From an uncultured SAR86 cluster bacterium (GTDB taxonomy: Bacteria; Pseudomonadota; Gammaproteobacteria; Magnimaribacterales; AG-339-G14): a stretch of 64,000 nt of DNA. The first letter of the stretch is position 1. Each line of letters opens with the position of its first letter. The translations under genes were made by a program, and so were the position numbers. The notes beneath the pieces are model-generated. The model saw only the letters and a list, made by a program, of their open reading frames with translations, did not search any database and was not told the DNA's origin. The stretch is from positions 2,869 to 66,868 of the forward strand of contig CACBOY010000006.1 in assembly GCA_902540995.1 (NCBI GenBank), written 5' to 3'. Shown piece by piece: positions 26,391 to 37,978 of the stretch.

Positions 26391-29300
26391 TTATCTCGCA
26401 CGATACTGGAAATCGATATTTTCTTTCCCGCAATTTTCAACAAGTTTATCCATATTATCGTCATTTAAAAGAATTCTAAAATCTTTATCCAACTCAATAT
26501 TAGCTGAACCTGAATTGAGGTTGTATTGCATTTCAATTTGACTACCTTGAGTATTATTTTCTATCAGAGCTATTGCCTTTAAATTTTCCACAATATCCAA
26601 AACGTCTTTTTTTTCTTGGCCTTCAATATTTATTTTTAACTTTGTTACTGATTTCATTCTTGCTTCTTCAAGAGACTTTATATCTGTAACTCTCATCTTC
26701 TTTTGCAAACCAATATTTTTCTTTTGCGTATCTTTTTCAAAAGTAACGTCTCCACTTGCAATATATATTGTTTGTGGATTTAAACTACCTTCGAAACTGT
26801 CAAGAACGTCAGAGGAAATAACGAGCTCTATCCTATCTGTTCCATCATCTAAAGTTGCAAAAACTAGAGGGCCTCTTCTGGTTTGAATTCTATTTTGCCG
26901 AATTATGACTCCTGAAATTGTATTCACCTTTTCTTCCATAACATTCTCAATAGAACCAGTTCCTAGTTTTTTTAATTCCCAGTAATGCTCTTTAACTGGA
27001 TGGGCCTCTAAATAAAAGCCAAGAGCAGAAAATTCAAATTTAGAATTAGCAAAGTCATCATACCTATCTTTCCTAACAGGAATGAAATCATTACTTTCAC
27101 TAATCCCGCCAAATAGATCTGAAATACCACTTTCTTGAGTCATGGTATTTTGTTTTGCGTATTTCATTGCGTCTTCTAAACTCTCCAACATCTCTTTTCG
27201 AGACAAATTGAAAGAGTCCATTGCTCCACATTTAATCAATGGCTCTATACCTCTTTTATCAACCTTGCTCAAATCTACCCTTGCACAAAAGTCGTATAAA
27301 TTTTCGAAAGGTTTTTGTTCCCTTTCACTTATGATGTTTTCAATGGCTGCTTTACCGAGACCTTTCACTGCTCCCAAGCCATATAAAATTTCATTATCGC
27401 CCTGATTTACAAAGTTTAATTGACTTTTATTTACATCAGGTTTGAGAATATCTATTTCAAAATTCTTGCAATCATCCAATAGCAGCCTGACTCTATCTGA
27501 GTCATCCATATCTGAGGATAAGGCCGCACTCAAAAACTCTACAGGGTAATGAGCCTTTAGCCATGCCGTTTGAAATGCAATAAGCCCGTAACCTGCTGAA
27601 TGTGCTTTGTTGAAACCATATCCTGCAAAAGTTTGAATCTGATCAAATAGTCCTTCGGCAGCTCTTTCTATTTTTCCTTTTTTCAAAGCTCCTTTTATAA
27701 ATTCAGGTCTTTGTCTTTCCATTTCTTCAGGAATTTTTTTACCCATAGCCCTTCTAAGCAGATCTGCTTGCCCTAAAGAAAAGCCTGAATATTCTTGAGC
27801 TAGTTGCATAACTTGCTCCTGATAAACTATTACTCCGTAAGTATTTTTTAAGACCTTTTCAATATCCTTATCTCCTAGATAATCTGTTTTTTCAGATCCA
27901 TGCTTTCTCTTAATAAAGGTATCTACCATTCCTGCATCCAAAGGCCCAGGACGATATAAAGCAACAACTGAAATAATGTCTTCAAAAGATGACGGTTTTA
28001 TCTTTACCAGATATTCTTTTAAGCCCCTAGATTCTAATTGAAATACTGCAGTCGTAAGGCCATTTTGTAAAAGATCAAAAGTCAATCTGTCTTCAAGATC
28101 TATTTCTTCTAAATCGATTGCATCTAAATTTAGCTTTTCTCTTTTTGTATTAATAAGATCTAGAGCGTCTTTTATAATGGTAAGAGTCCTCAAACCTAGA
28201 AAATCAAATTTTTGTAAGCCTACTGATTCTATATCTTTCATGTCGAATTGCGTTGCTAAAGTATTTGTTGCCTCATCAAGATAAAGAGGAGAAAAATCAT
28301 TTATCTCTGACGGAGCTATAACTACTCCTGCTGCATGTTTTCCAACATTCCTAATGATGCCTTCCAGTTTCCTTGCCATATCAAATATTTCTTCTGCCTG
28401 TTCATCCGTTTTTAATGCTCTTTTTAAATCATTACTATCTAAAGCCTTTTCAAGAGTCATATCTGGAGAAAAAGGAATCATTTTTGCTAACCTATCTGCT
28501 AAGCCATAGGATTTTCCTTGAGCCCTTGCAACATCTCTAACTACTGCTCGAGCAGCCATAGTTCCAAAAGTACAAATTTGCGCGACAGCATCTTTACCGT
28601 ACTTTTGAGTGACATAATCAATTACTTTATCTCTTCCGTCTTTGCAAAAATCTATATCAAAATCAGGATTACTTATCCTATCGGGATTTAAAAATCTCTC
28701 AAAAAGCAAACCATATTTCAAAGGATCTATACCTGTAATACCTAAACAATAAGCTACCAATGAAGCTGCTCCCGATCCTCTACCTGGTCCAACAGGTACA
28801 TTGTTTTCTTGCGCCCAATTAACAAAATCAGATACTACTAAGAAATAGCCAGAATAGCCCATCTTAGAAATAACATCTAATTCAAAATCCAGTCTGTCAG
28901 CATATTTAACTTTGTCATCTTCGGACAGATCTTTAGTTTTTTCCTTAAGATTATTTTTAGAAATTTCAATCAAGTGATCTGCAGCTGACTTATTTAATGG
29001 AGTTTTGAAATCAGGTAATACGTAAATACCAGTTTCTATCTCCAAATTGCATTTTTTTCCTAATTCGTAAGCATTTGAAAGAACTTCTGGAATATCTTTG
29101 AACTTTTCATACATCTCTTCAGGAGAAAGAAAATATTGATCTTCAAAATAACTTCTTGTTCTTCTAGCATCGCTTAATACTTCGCCTTTTTGAATGCAGA
29201 CTCTAGTCTCATGCGCTTCATAGTCCTCTTTATCTATAAATCTAACTTCGTTTGATGCAACCACGGGCAATCCCATTTCTCCTGCTTTAGAAAGTATGTA

Positions 29301-29852
29301 CTCGTTATATATATCTTCTTGCGGCCTATTGATTCGTGAGATTTCTAGAATGAAATCTTCTTTAAATATTTTTTGAAAGTACTTAATTCTTTTTAAAAAA
29401 AGATCATGATTTGTATCTAAAACAGCCTTTCCTATATGCCCCCTAAAACCTCCAGAAAGAGCAATAAGTCCATCGGAATGTTCAGCTAGCCACTCAGTTT
29501 CTATAACTGGAATACCTGATATCTTTCCAACTATTTGAGATTTTGAAATTAGCTTTATTAAATTTTTATAACCTAATTGATTTTTGGCAATAAGTGTCAA
29601 ATTAGCGTGTTCGTTATGAGAAGAACTATCTCTTACGTGATTTATCTCTGCCCCTGCAATGGGTTTGATTCCTTTAGATCTAACCGACTTATAAAATTTT
29701 AAAAACCCAAAGAGATTTGAAGAATCAGTAATAGCTATACTCTCATAATTGTACTGTTGTGCTTTTTCAGATAGTTGATCAATTTTGATAATACTGTCAG
29801 CGATAGAATATTCGCTATGAATATTTAAGTGAGTAAATTTTTTATCTAGCAT
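26391..29852 (-). CDS. dnaE: DNA polymerase III alpha subunit
   Basis: 1153 aa. N-terminal PHP domain (FTHLNIHSEYSIADS), motifs PGRGSGAASLVAYCLGIT and PDFDIDF, and an OB fold near the C-terminus. Confidence 0.97.
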   Translation of the reverse strand: MLDKKFTHLNIHSEYSIADSIIKIDQLSEKAQQYNYESIAITDSSNLFGFLKFYKSVRSKGIKPIAGAEINHVRDSSSHNEHANLTLIAKNQLGYKNLIKLISKSQIVGKISGIPVIETEWLAEHSDGLIALSGGFRGHIGKAVLDTNHDLFLKRIKYFQKIFKEDFILEISRINRPQEDIYNEYILSKAGEMGLPVVASNEVRFIDKEDYEAHETRVCIQKGEVLSDARRTRSYFEDQYFLSPEEMYEKFKDIPEVLSNAYELGKKCNLEIETGIYVLPDFKTPLNKSAADHLIEISKNNLKEKTKDLSEDDKVKYADRLDFELDVISKMGYSGYFLVVSDFVNWAQENNVPVGPGRGSGAASLVAYCLGITGIDPLKYGLLFERFLNPDRISNPDFDIDFCKDGRDKVIDYVTQKYGKDAVAQICTFGTMAARAVVRDVARAQGKSYGLADRLAKMIPFSPDMTLEKALDSNDLKRALKTDEQAEEIFDMARKLEGIIRNVGKHAAGVVIAPSEINDFSPLYLDEATNTLATQFDMKDIESVGLQKFDFLGLRTLTIIKDALDLINTKREKLNLDAIDLEEIDLEDRLTFDLLQNGLTTAVFQLESRGLKEYLVKIKPSSFEDIISVVALYRPGPLDAGMVDTFIKRKHGSEKTDYLGDKDIEKVLKNTYGVIVYQEQVMQLAQEYSGFSLGQADLLRRAMGKKIPEEMERQRPEFIKGALKKGKIERAAEGLFDQIQTFAGYGFNKAHSAGYGLIAFQTAWLKAHYPVEFLSAALSSDMDDSDRVRLLLDDCKNFEIDILKPDVNKSQLNFVNQGDNEILYGLGAVKGLGKAAIENIISEREQKPFENLYDFCARVDLSKVDKRGIEPLIKCGAMDSFNLSRKEMLESLEDAMKYAKQNTMTQESGISDLFGGISESNDFIPVRKDRYDDFANSKFEFSALGFYLEAHPVKEHYWELKKLGTGSIENVMEEKVNTISGVIIRQNRIQTRRGPLVFATLDDGTDRIELVISSDVLDSFEGSLNPQTIYIASGDVTFEKDTQKKNIGLQKKMRVTDIKSLEEARMKSVTKLKINIEGQEKKDVLDIVENLKAIALIENNTQGSQIEMQYNLNSGSANIELDKDFRILLNDDNMDKLVENCGKENIDFQYRAR

Positions 29853-30402
29853 CTAAAACCGGTTTAAAACTCTTCCTATGATACTCAGTCGGACCTAAAG
29901 ATTTTAAAATATTTAAGTGCTCTTTTGTTGGATATCCTTTGTTTTTTTCTAGTGAAAAATCAGGATATTTTTTGCTTATTGCAATCATTAAATTATCTCT
30001 ATGAACTTTTGCAACAATAGAAGCCGCCATTACCTCAGGAATTTTATCGTCAGCTTTAATGATTGCTTTACAAGGATAATTTATTTTGGGGATGTCTATG
30101 CCATCGACAATGATTTCTATATTTTTAACCTTTAATCCTAGGATTGCCCTTTTCATGGCTAGAAGACTAGCTTCTTTTATATTTAAGGAATCTATTTCCT
30201 TAACAGATGCTTGACCAATAGAAATTTTGATTGCATTTTTTTTTATTTCATTGAGTAGTATGATTCTTTTTTTTTCAGAAAGCTTTTTTGAATCCTTCAA
30301 TTCAAAAATATTGTTTTTTCCTAAAATAACAGCTGCAGCCACTACAGGGCCAAACAAACAGCCTCTTCCAGCCTCATCAGCCCCGACAAGGTATTTTTTC
30401 AT
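29842..30402 (-). CDS. rnhB: Ribonuclease HII
   Basis: 186 aa with GADEAGRGCLFGPVVAAAV and DSKKLS. Confidence 0.93.
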   Translation of the reverse strand: MKKYLVGADEAGRGCLFGPVVAAAVILGKNNIFELKDSKKLSEKKRIILLNEIKKNAIKISIGQASVKEIDSLNIKEASLLAMKRAILGLKVKNIEIIVDGIDIPKINYPCKAIIKADDKIPEVMAASIVAKVHRDNLMIAISKKYPDFSLEKNKGYPTKEHLNILKSLGPTEYHRKSFKPVLDAR

Positions 30403-31514
30403 TTTGCGAGAATTTCTTTTAGAGCGATTGAAAACTTATTTGAATCTTTAACCAATAAACTATCTCTTATTAAACTCAACTTTTTTGCAATAACTTCTTG
30501 ATTTTTAAAAGTAAGTTCAACTTTTTCACTGATTTCTTTTTCAGAGACTTGATTTTGTCTTAGTTCAAAAACAATCATCTCTTGAGAAAGAATATTTGGA
30601 AGAGAAATGAATTTTGTTTTTAGAAAAAAATTGGACAAGATAAAGTTACTTAATTTATTGCTCTTATAAATTACTACCATCGGCTTAGCTAAAATTGCGG
30701 CCTCTAATGTTGCTGTTCCGGATGCCACAATAGCTATGTTGCAAGAGGCTAAAACCTTTTGAGTGGAATCATAAATAACGGTTATTTTTTTTGATAATTG
30801 TTTTAACTCACCTGAAAGATCAGACTCTTTATTCAAGGCCAATATAATTTCTACATCAGCATTTTGATTTTTATATGTATTGATGAAGTCTGCTAATGGT
30901 TTTGAATGATGATATATTTCAGATTTTCTACTGCCAGGTAAAATCGCGATTACCTTCTTATCTAATGGGATACCTAGGTTTTTTTTCAATTCCTCTTCAT
31001 TTGAGTCTACTGATAAATTTTTAGCAAGGGGGTGGCCTACATAAGAAAAATTAACACCATGTTTCTTTAATAATTGAGATTCAAAGGGAAATAGTGATAA
31101 AACTCTATGATACAAAGAATTGAACTTATGCACTCTTCCATATCGCCATGCCCAAAACTGTGGACATACATATTGAACAGTTTTGATACTTGTATCTCTT
31201 CTTAAAGCTTTACAAATGCCGCTATTAAAAGATGGGCTGTCTATTCCAATAAAAACATCAGGATTCTCTTCTTTTAGAAAATTTATAAAATTGTTTCTTA
31301 ATTTTAAAATTTTTCTTAAATTTAATAATGGATCAATTAAACCCATATATGAGATTTCTTTAATAGGGAAAATACTTTTTAATCCCTCACTTTCCATAAG
31401 TGGTCCGCCAACACCAATAATCTCTAAGTTTTCGATATTTTCCTTTAAATCAACAAGGAGTTCATGTCCGAGAGCATCTCCAGATTTTTCGCCTGCACAA
31501 ACTGCGATTTTCAA
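30399..31514 (-). CDS. lpxB: Lipid-A-disaccharide synthase
   Basis: 371 aa, N-terminus MKIAVCAGEKSGDALG. Position between lpxA and rnhB. Confidence 0.92.
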   Translation of the reverse strand: MKIAVCAGEKSGDALGHELLVDLKENIENLEIIGVGGPLMESEGLKSIFPIKEISYMGLIDPLLNLRKILKLRNNFINFLKEENPDVFIGIDSPSFNSGICKALRRDTSIKTVQYVCPQFWAWRYGRVHKFNSLYHRVLSLFPFESQLLKKHGVNFSYVGHPLAKNLSVDSNEEELKKNLGIPLDKKVIAILPGSRKSEIYHHSKPLADFINTYKNQNADVEIILALNKESDLSGELKQLSKKITVIYDSTQKVLASCNIAIVASGTATLEAAILAKPMVVIYKSNKLSNFILSNFFLKTKFISLPNILSQEMIVFELRQNQVSEKEISEKVELTFKNQEVIAKKLSLIRDSLLVKDSNKFSIALKEILAK

Positions 31515-31526
31515 AATTTCTTACCT

Positions 31527-32297
31527 TTAACGAACTATGCTTCTATCAGTATTTGAAATACTTTTAATAAAAAGATCCATTTCTTGGATATCTTTAAATT
31601 TCGAGATAATCTCTTGTTTTGCTTCTTTAAGTTTGTTTTTCCTGAGATACAAAATTTTATAAGACTCCTTTAATGCATCACTAGCTTCTTTAGAAAGATC
31701 TTGTCTTTGAATACCAACAGTGTTCAAACCCCTTGGAATTGCAGGATTGCCGCTTACTCTTACATAAGCAGGCACGTCTTTAGTAATAATAGTTCCTAGT
31801 GCGCTAAAACTATAACTTCCTATATTGCAGAATTGGTGAACTAGAGTAAAACCGCTTAATCTTGCTCCCTTACCAACATTAACAACTCCAGCTACGCCTG
31901 CATTATTTGTCATAACTATATCGTCTTCTAAAGTACAATCATGAGCTACGTGAGTATAAGCCATCAATAAATTATTATTACCAATTATGGTTTTTCCATT
32001 TTCTTGAACAGTACCTCTATTGATCGTTGATCCTTCTCTAATTTCATTATGATCACCAATTTCAAGAAAAGTATCTTCTCCTTTGTATTTAAGATCTTGA
32101 GGATCTCCGCCAACACTTGCAAAGGGGTAAATGAGATTATCTTTGCCGATGAGTGTATTCTTATGAACAAACGCATTACCCTCAATGACGGTTCCAGATT
32201 TTATTTTTACATTGGGGCCTATTACAGTATAAGGACCTATAGAAACACCATCATCTATTTCAGCAGATGAATCAATTTGAGCTGAAGAATGAATCAT
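31527..32297 (-). CDS. lpxA: UDP-N-acetylglucosamine acyltransferase
   Basis: 256 aa with hexapeptide repeats ([31 protein letters not shown]). fabZ-lpxA-lpxB order. Confidence 0.93.
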   Translation of the reverse strand: MIHSSAQIDSSAEIDDGVSIGPYTVIGPNVKIKSGTVIEGNAFVHKNTLIGKDNLIYPFASVGGDPQDLKYKGEDTFLEIGDHNEIREGSTINRGTVQENGKTIIGNNNLLMAYTHVAHDCTLEDDIVMTNNAGVAGVVNVGKGARLSGFTLVHQFCNIGSYSFSALGTIITKDVPAYVRVSGNPAIPRGLNTVGIQRQDLSKEASDALKESYKILYLRKNKLKEAKQEIISKFKDIQEMDLFIKSISNTDRSIVR

Positions 32298-32731
32298 TTA
32301 GGACGATCGGCACAAAGAACAATTGCCGAACAAATAAACTTGTCTCCAACAGTTGCCTTACAGTCAAACTTCCAAATGCCTGCCTTTTCTGAAATTTTAG
32401 TTGATTCTAGGGTCAATTTATCTCCTGGTATCACTGGATTTTTGAACCGTAATTTATCTGCGCCTACAAAATAGTACATTGAGCCCTCTTCAGGAGTTTT
32501 ATTCATAGAGACAAAACCTAAAACACCTGAAGCTTGGGCAAGAGCTTCAAGAATTAAAACGCCCGGCATTACTGATCTATTTGGAAAGTGACCAAGAAAG
32601 AAGGGTTCGCTATTAGTGACATTCTTATAAGCCTTTATGTATTTATGCTCGTCTAATTCTTCAACTCTATCCACAAGCAAAAAAGGATAACGGTGAGGTA
32701 ATAACGTTTTAATTTTCTCTATATCAATCAT
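32294..32731 (-). CDS. fabZ: 3-hydroxyacyl-ACP dehydratase FabZ
   Basis: 145 aa with [13 protein letters not shown] and FFLGHFP..PVMPGVL. Confidence 0.95.
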   Translation of the reverse strand: MIDIEKIKTLLPHRYPFLLVDRVEELDEHKYIKAYKNVTNSEPFFLGHFPNRSVMPGVLILEALAQASGVLGFVSMNKTPEEGSMYYFVGADKLRFKNPVIPGDKLTLESTKISEKAGIWKFDCKATVGDKFICSAIVLCADRPK

Positions 32732-33698
32732 CGAATTGTTTTTTTTGAATTGTAATATGTTTCAACCATTTTGCGTGTTCTAAAACTATAGAGCCACCCG
32801 AATAAATGCCAGATTTTTTAATGGATTTAGTTAAATAAGTCATTGGATTTATTCTTACGTTATTTTCTACTTTTATATTGTCGACAATCCCACATCCCCC
32901 ACCAATTAAACAGTCATCACCAATATTTGTACTTCCTGCAATTGCCGTTTTAGCCCCAATCATTGTGTTTTTTCCAATACTACAATTATGGGCAATATGT
33001 ACTTGATTATCTAACTTTACACCTTTATCGATCAAGGTAACTCCCAGAGAGGCCCTGTCAATGGTACAGGCAGCACCTATTTCAACATCATCTTTAAGTT
33101 CAACGTACCCCAAATGCTCTATCTTTTCCCATGAATCTTTCTTTTTAGCGAAGCCAAGCCCATCAGAACCTATGACAGAGTTTGCGTGGATAATATTATT
33201 TCTTCCAATAACGGTTAATGGATAGATACATACATTAGGGTGTAGATAAGTATCATTTCCTATAATTGAATTATCGCCTATAAAACATCCTGAATTTATT
33301 CTCACTCCTTTTCCTAATTTTACATTTTCACCTATAAAAACATTCTTACCTATTTGAATATCTTTGTTTTCTGAAAATTTATGAGACTGGTCATGTGAAA
33401 GATTTTTTCTCTTATCTTCAAAAAAGAGTTGAGTTAATTTTGCATAAGCTGCGTGTACGTTAGAGACAACGATATAGTTAGTGTTGCAATTATCTGTAAA
33501 GTCCTTTGAAACCAGGATTGCGCCAGCGGAGGTATTTTTAAGATCTTTTAAAAATTTTTTATTGTAAAAGAAAGAAACACTTTCTATTGTTGCGTCCTTT
33601 AAGGAACTGATCTCAGAAATTTTTAATGAGCCATCGCCTACTAACTTTCCGTCAAGGAAATTTGAAATCTCCGACAGTTTGAAGGTTTTTTTTGACAA
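32724..33698 (-). CDS. lpxD: UDP-3-O-acylglucosamine N-acyltransferase
   Basis: 324 aa with a left-handed beta-helix repeat region. skp-lpxD-fabZ order. Confidence 0.9.
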   Translation of the reverse strand: MSKKTFKLSEISNFLDGKLVGDGSLKISEISSLKDATIESVSFFYNKKFLKDLKNTSAGAILVSKDFTDNCNTNYIVVSNVHAAYAKLTQLFFEDKRKNLSHDQSHKFSENKDIQIGKNVFIGENVKLGKGVRINSGCFIGDNSIIGNDTYLHPNVCIYPLTVIGRNNIIHANSVIGSDGLGFAKKKDSWEKIEHLGYVELKDDVEIGAACTIDRASLGVTLIDKGVKLDNQVHIAHNCSIGKNTMIGAKTAIAGSTNIGDDCLIGGGCGIVDNIKVENNVRINPMTYLTKSIKKSGIYSGGSIVLEHAKWLKHITIQKKQFDD

Positions 33699-33704
33699 GC
33701 TTAT

Positions 33705-34232
33705 TTATTTCTTTTGATCTTTATTAATTAGATCTACAACTTCGGGCGTAATGTTAATTTTTTCGTCAGATCTATCAAAAGCCAAAAGAGCTTGAGAATT
33801 TAAAAGCATTTTAATTTTTTTTGCCTTTATAAGTTCATTAACTACTTTTTGAACAGATTCAGCTTGATCCGCCTGAAGCTTTTGAGTGACCTCTTGCTCT
33901 TTAGCTTGAATTTGTTGAGAAAGAAGTTGAATGCTCTGATATAGAGTTTGAATTTTTTTTAGAATTTCTTCTTTTTCATTATCCGATAAAGTTGACTCTT
34001 CCTTTTTTAACTTTTCCGCAAGTTTAATTCTTTCACTGTCTTTCGATTGAGCTTCATCTGTTAAGTCTTTGTAGTCAGAGGAATCTCTTAAGTCATCGAT
34101 ACGCTCTCTAGCAAGATCTGTACCTAAAAATATTGCGTTGTAATCTATTACAGCTATGCCTTCTAAAAGAAATGCAAAATTTGTAAAACTAATCAGAGCT
34201 GAGAAAATAAATATTTTTCTTATATAGTTCAT
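33705..34232 (-). CDS. skp: Periplasmic chaperone Skp (OmpH)
   Basis: 175 aa with a signal peptide and long K/E/Q-rich coiled coil. Sits between bamA and lpxD. Confidence 0.8.
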   Translation of the reverse strand: MNYIRKIFIFSALISFTNFAFLLEGIAVIDYNAIFLGTDLARERIDDLRDSSDYKDLTDEAQSKDSERIKLAEKLKKEESTLSDNEKEEILKKIQTLYQSIQLLSQQIQAKEQEVTQKLQADQAESVQKVVNELIKAKKIKMLLNSQALLAFDRSDEKINITPEVVDLINKDQKK

Positions 34233-34268
34233 CTTTAAAATCTCCCTTTTCAGTAAAAATAATTATAA

Positions 34269-34314
34269 AGGAATTGAAGTTTACCTTTTTGACAAAGAAA
34301 ATTCCTATTTTTTT
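34269..34314. terminator. Hairpin with flanking A9/T-rich tracts between bamA and skp (possible weak terminator or attenuator)
   Basis: AGGAATT (34269-34275) and AATTCCT (34300-34306) form a 7-bp stem with a 24-nt loop. A T9 run follows on the plus strand, and TTATAATTATTTTT follows on the minus strand. Confidence 0.25.
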
Positions 34315-36639
34315 TTAAAATTGTGTTCCTATTTCAAACTGAAAGGTTTCTGTTCTGTCTGCTGGTGAGTCATTAAAAACTGAAGCTAATGCAAATGACA
34401 ATGGTCCCAAAGCGGTAATCCACGTAACTCCAACTCCTATAGAATATCTTAGTTCAGACAGATCGAATTCGTAGCAGTTGGTTTCATAAGCACGACATCC
34501 GTCACTAAAAACGTTTCCATAATCTAAGAAAACAGAGCCTCTCAACGATCTTGGATCTGGGACAAAATCCAGAGGAATTATTAGATCAAAACCTCCTGAA
34601 ATACTATAAGGTCCCCCTATAGGTCTGGCATACCTTGGACTATATCCCGAAGAATAAATTGCCTTTGGCCCAAGATAATTCTGTTTAAATCCTCTTACTG
34701 ACCTCATACCCCCTGCATAGAAGTGCTGATATGGAGGAGCAGTTTCTGTATCGTCATAGGTAAATAAAATCCCAATTCTTGATCGATAACTAAAGATTAA
34801 ATTTAGTGGAAGAGGCCTGAAAATTTTAAAGTCATGATTAAATCGTCCATAATTTATATTACTACCAGGAAGAGTCACAGTTAAAGATAATTGGTTACTC
34901 ATTCCATTTGTAGGAAATAGCCCTCTATCTAGAGTTATTTGAGACCAGGTAACTCCAGCAGAATAAGTATTAAACTCAAATCCTTCAGAATTATAAAAAT
35001 CAACTAATTGCCTTGAGCTAAATGCATTTGTTTTGATTTGTGTATTGTCAAAAGATAAATTCAAGCCCAGTCGCTCTATTTCACTAATTGGAAGCTGGAA
35101 AGAAACATTACCTCCATAAGAATCAGTATTGTATGCTGCAATATTAAAGTTACCGTAATCTGTTTTTCTGTAAAAAGCTCCATATCCAAGACCTATCCCA
35201 TCAATTGTGAAATATGGGTCAAAAAAGTTAAACGATACATCTTGTCTCCATTCGCTATAGTTAATACCTACAGAAACAGAGTTACCTGTTCCAAATGCAT
35301 TTTTTTCAGAATAATTAGCTCCCAAACTAAGTCCATAAGCTCCATAACCAATGGAACCGCCAATAGAACCTGAGTATTGCTCTTCTACTTTAAAAATTAC
35401 ATCGACTTCATCTGGTGAACCAGGTACAGCTTTCTTCTCATAATCAACATTTTTGAAAAAACCAAGTCTATCAAGTCTCAACTTTGATGTTTCAAGTAAA
35501 TTATTTGAAACCCAACTTTTTTCCATCTGTCTCATTTCTCGTCTAAGCACAACGTCATGAGTTCTTTCATTTCCCTCAAATGAGATACGATTGAGCATCG
35601 TCCTTTGACCCGGATCAACATAGATTGTTAGGGCAACCGATTTTTCTTCTTCGTTGACCTCCTTCGATGTAGAGACATCAACATTTGTGTAACCGAAGTT
35701 TTCTAGAAAGTTACTTATTGAATCCTCTGTAAACTTAAGCAAGCCTTCAACATATGTTTCTTGAACAGGAATATTAATAAAGCTTCTTATAAAAACTTCC
35801 TCTTCATCCAAATCCCCAGCAAGCTTCACTTCACTTACTTTATAAACATCTCCCTCATTTATTTTAATTGTTATGTATATGTCCTTCTTATTTTCTGAAA
35901 TCGAAACCATTGTTGAGACAACATCAAATTTCAAATAGCCATTGTTTTTGTACATTGACTCTAAAGTTTCTAAATCTCCTTTTAGATTTTCTCTTGAGTA
36001 AGATGATCCTCTACTGAAAACCGACAACCAGTTTTTTTCTTTCAGTTTGAAACCATCCAGAATCTCCTGATCAGAATATAGTTTATTTCCAACGATATTT
36101 ATTTTTTTTAGTGAAGCAGATTCTCCTTCATCTATTTCTACTGATAGCTTTACTCTATTTTTAGGAAGATCATCTGTTCTGACTTCTACCTCTGCGGAAT
36201 ATTTGCCTTGAGAAGAATACTGTCTCTCTAGCTCAACGCTTAAACTTTCAAAAACAGACCTTTTGTATAATGCACCTTCAAAGATTCCTGATTTTTTTAA
36301 ACCATCTAGTAAAGCATCGGTTTTTATTTGCTTATTTCCTTCAATTGAGATTTCATCAATAGTTGGTCTTTCTTCTAAATCTATTAATAAAGCGTTTCCA
36401 TCCCTACCTAACTTAACATCATCAAATTTTCCAGTTTGAAAAATTGAGGAAGCAATTTCTTTAAATAATTCTTGATCAATCTCTTCTCCCAGGCCAACTG
36501 GCATTACAGCAAAAACACTTCCTGCAGAGACTCTTTGTAACCCTGAAATTCTAATATCATCAATTATCCAGGAGTCCTTCTCTTGTAACACAAGAAAACT
36601 AGGGAAAAAAATAAAACTTATGAGCAATAAGCGAATCAT
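34315..36639 (-). CDS. bamA: Outer-membrane protein assembly factor BamA
   Basis: 774 aa with a signal peptide, POTRA repeats (IRISGLQRVS...) and a C-terminal beta-barrel ending FQFEIGTQF. Confidence 0.95.
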   Translation of the reverse strand: MIRLLLISFIFFPSFLVLQEKDSWIIDDIRISGLQRVSAGSVFAVMPVGLGEEIDQELFKEIASSIFQTGKFDDVKLGRDGNALLIDLEERPTIDEISIEGNKQIKTDALLDGLKKSGIFEGALYKRSVFESLSVELERQYSSQGKYSAEVEVRTDDLPKNRVKLSVEIDEGESASLKKINIVGNKLYSDQEILDGFKLKEKNWLSVFSRGSSYSRENLKGDLETLESMYKNNGYLKFDVVSTMVSISENKKDIYITIKINEGDVYKVSEVKLAGDLDEEEVFIRSFINIPVQETYVEGLLKFTEDSISNFLENFGYTNVDVSTSKEVNEEEKSVALTIYVDPGQRTMLNRISFEGNERTHDVVLRREMRQMEKSWVSNNLLETSKLRLDRLGFFKNVDYEKKAVPGSPDEVDVIFKVEEQYSGSIGGSIGYGAYGLSLGANYSEKNAFGTGNSVSVGINYSEWRQDVSFNFFDPYFTIDGIGLGYGAFYRKTDYGNFNIAAYNTDSYGGNVSFQLPISEIERLGLNLSFDNTQIKTNAFSSRQLVDFYNSEGFEFNTYSAGVTWSQITLDRGLFPTNGMSNQLSLTVTLPGSNINYGRFNHDFKIFRPLPLNLIFSYRSRIGILFTYDDTETAPPYQHFYAGGMRSVRGFKQNYLGPKAIYSSGYSPRYARPIGGPYSISGGFDLIIPLDFVPDPRSLRGSVFLDYGNVFSDGCRAYETNCYEFDLSELRYSIGVGVTWITALGPLSFALASVFNDSPADRTETFQFEIGTQF

Positions 36640-36646
36640 TAATTTC

Positions 36647-37978
36647 TTAGCCTAAGATCCTAAAAATATCGTTAAAAAAAACAAAAACAAAAAGAAAGAT
36701 CAAAAAGGCAGTTCCTAGTCTATAAAAGAAATTGAGCATTTTATCAGGTAATTCTCTCCCAATTATTTTTTCTATGGTGAGGATAAGTGCTTGTCCTCCA
36801 TCTAAAACTGGCAGAGGAAATAAATTGACAATACCAAGACTTATACTTATCAAAGCAATAAGATAAAAGAAAGAATACAAGCCTCCATAAATTACAGACT
36901 CTCCAGCATATTGACCTATCATGACTGGTCCGCCTAAGTTTTTTGCTGAAATTTGTCCTAAAATAATTTTACCTATAAAAAATATTGAATTTTCAATAAC
37001 TTTATAAGTTTGCAAAATAGAGTTTTTTAATGAGTCTGTTACAGAAAATTTTTCCAAAACTCTAGCATTATCACTTAGTTCAAATGAAGAACTTATTCCA
37101 ATTTGCCAATTAAAAGTATTTTCAGAAAGATTTGGTTTAATGAGTAATGTTTTAATTTTATTTTCTCTGAAGATTTTTACTGACATTTCATCCCCGCTGG
37201 ACTTATTTATTTCCTGTCTGATGTCCCCCCAGTAAAGAATTGATTTACCTTCAATTTCAAGAATTTTATCTCCGGGTTCCATTCCTCCAACTTCTGCAGG
37301 ACTTGCCTTAGAAACTGAACCGATGACTGGTTTTAAGGGTGGAAAAATTCCTAATTCGTATAAGAGGTTTGAAGGCTCTTTAGTACTTAGCCAATTATTA
37401 ATTGGCAAAAAAAACTCATAAAAATTTTCATCTCTGAGAATCTGGATTTCTAGATATCCGGATTCGCCTAATCTTTTGGAAAGAGCAAGTTGAGCATCGG
37501 AAAAAGAAGATATTTCAGCATTATCAATTTTTGTAATTAAATCTCCTTTCTCGATACCCTTTTCGTTTGAAATTGAATTTAAAAGGACATCACCTACTAT
37601 TGGTATAGTTTTATAAGTTCCAAAAAGATTAATAATAAAAAAAATTGCAACAGCCAGAATAAAGTTAAAGATTGGCCCTCCTAAAGTTATCAATAATTTT
37701 TGGTAATACTTTTTAGAAGAATAGGAGTCACTGGATGGAGACTTCTCTGAGATTTCTTCTCCGTTCATTTTTACGTACCCTCCAAAGGGTAGTAATCTAA
37801 GATTAAAAATAGTTTTAGATTTTGTTTCCCAACTTTTAATTGATCGACCAAACCCTATAGAAAAGTCCAATACTCTTACTCCAAAAAGTCGGGCGAAAGA
37901 AAAATGCCCTAGTTCATGGATGAATACAATTATCGAAATAAGTATTAAAAAAGAAAAAATATATATAAGAAAAGTCAT
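36647..37978 (-). CDS. rseP: Site-2 zinc metalloprotease RseP
   Basis: 443 aa with HELGHF, PDZ region and the NLFPLPVLDGG motif. Confidence 0.93.
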   Translation of the reverse strand: MTFLIYIFSFLILISIIVFIHELGHFSFARLFGVRVLDFSIGFGRSIKSWETKSKTIFNLRLLPFGGYVKMNGEEISEKSPSSDSYSSKKYYQKLLITLGGPIFNFILAVAIFFIINLFGTYKTIPIVGDVLLNSISNEKGIEKGDLITKIDNAEISSFSDAQLALSKRLGESGYLEIQILRDENFYEFFLPINNWLSTKEPSNLLYELGIFPPLKPVIGSVSKASPAEVGGMEPGDKILEIEGKSILYWGDIRQEINKSSGDEMSVKIFRENKIKTLLIKPNLSENTFNWQIGISSSFELSDNARVLEKFSVTDSLKNSILQTYKVIENSIFFIGKIILGQISAKNLGGPVMIGQYAGESVIYGGLYSFFYLIALISISLGIVNLFPLPVLDGGQALILTIEKIIGRELPDKMLNFFYRLGTAFLIFLFVFVFFNDIFRILG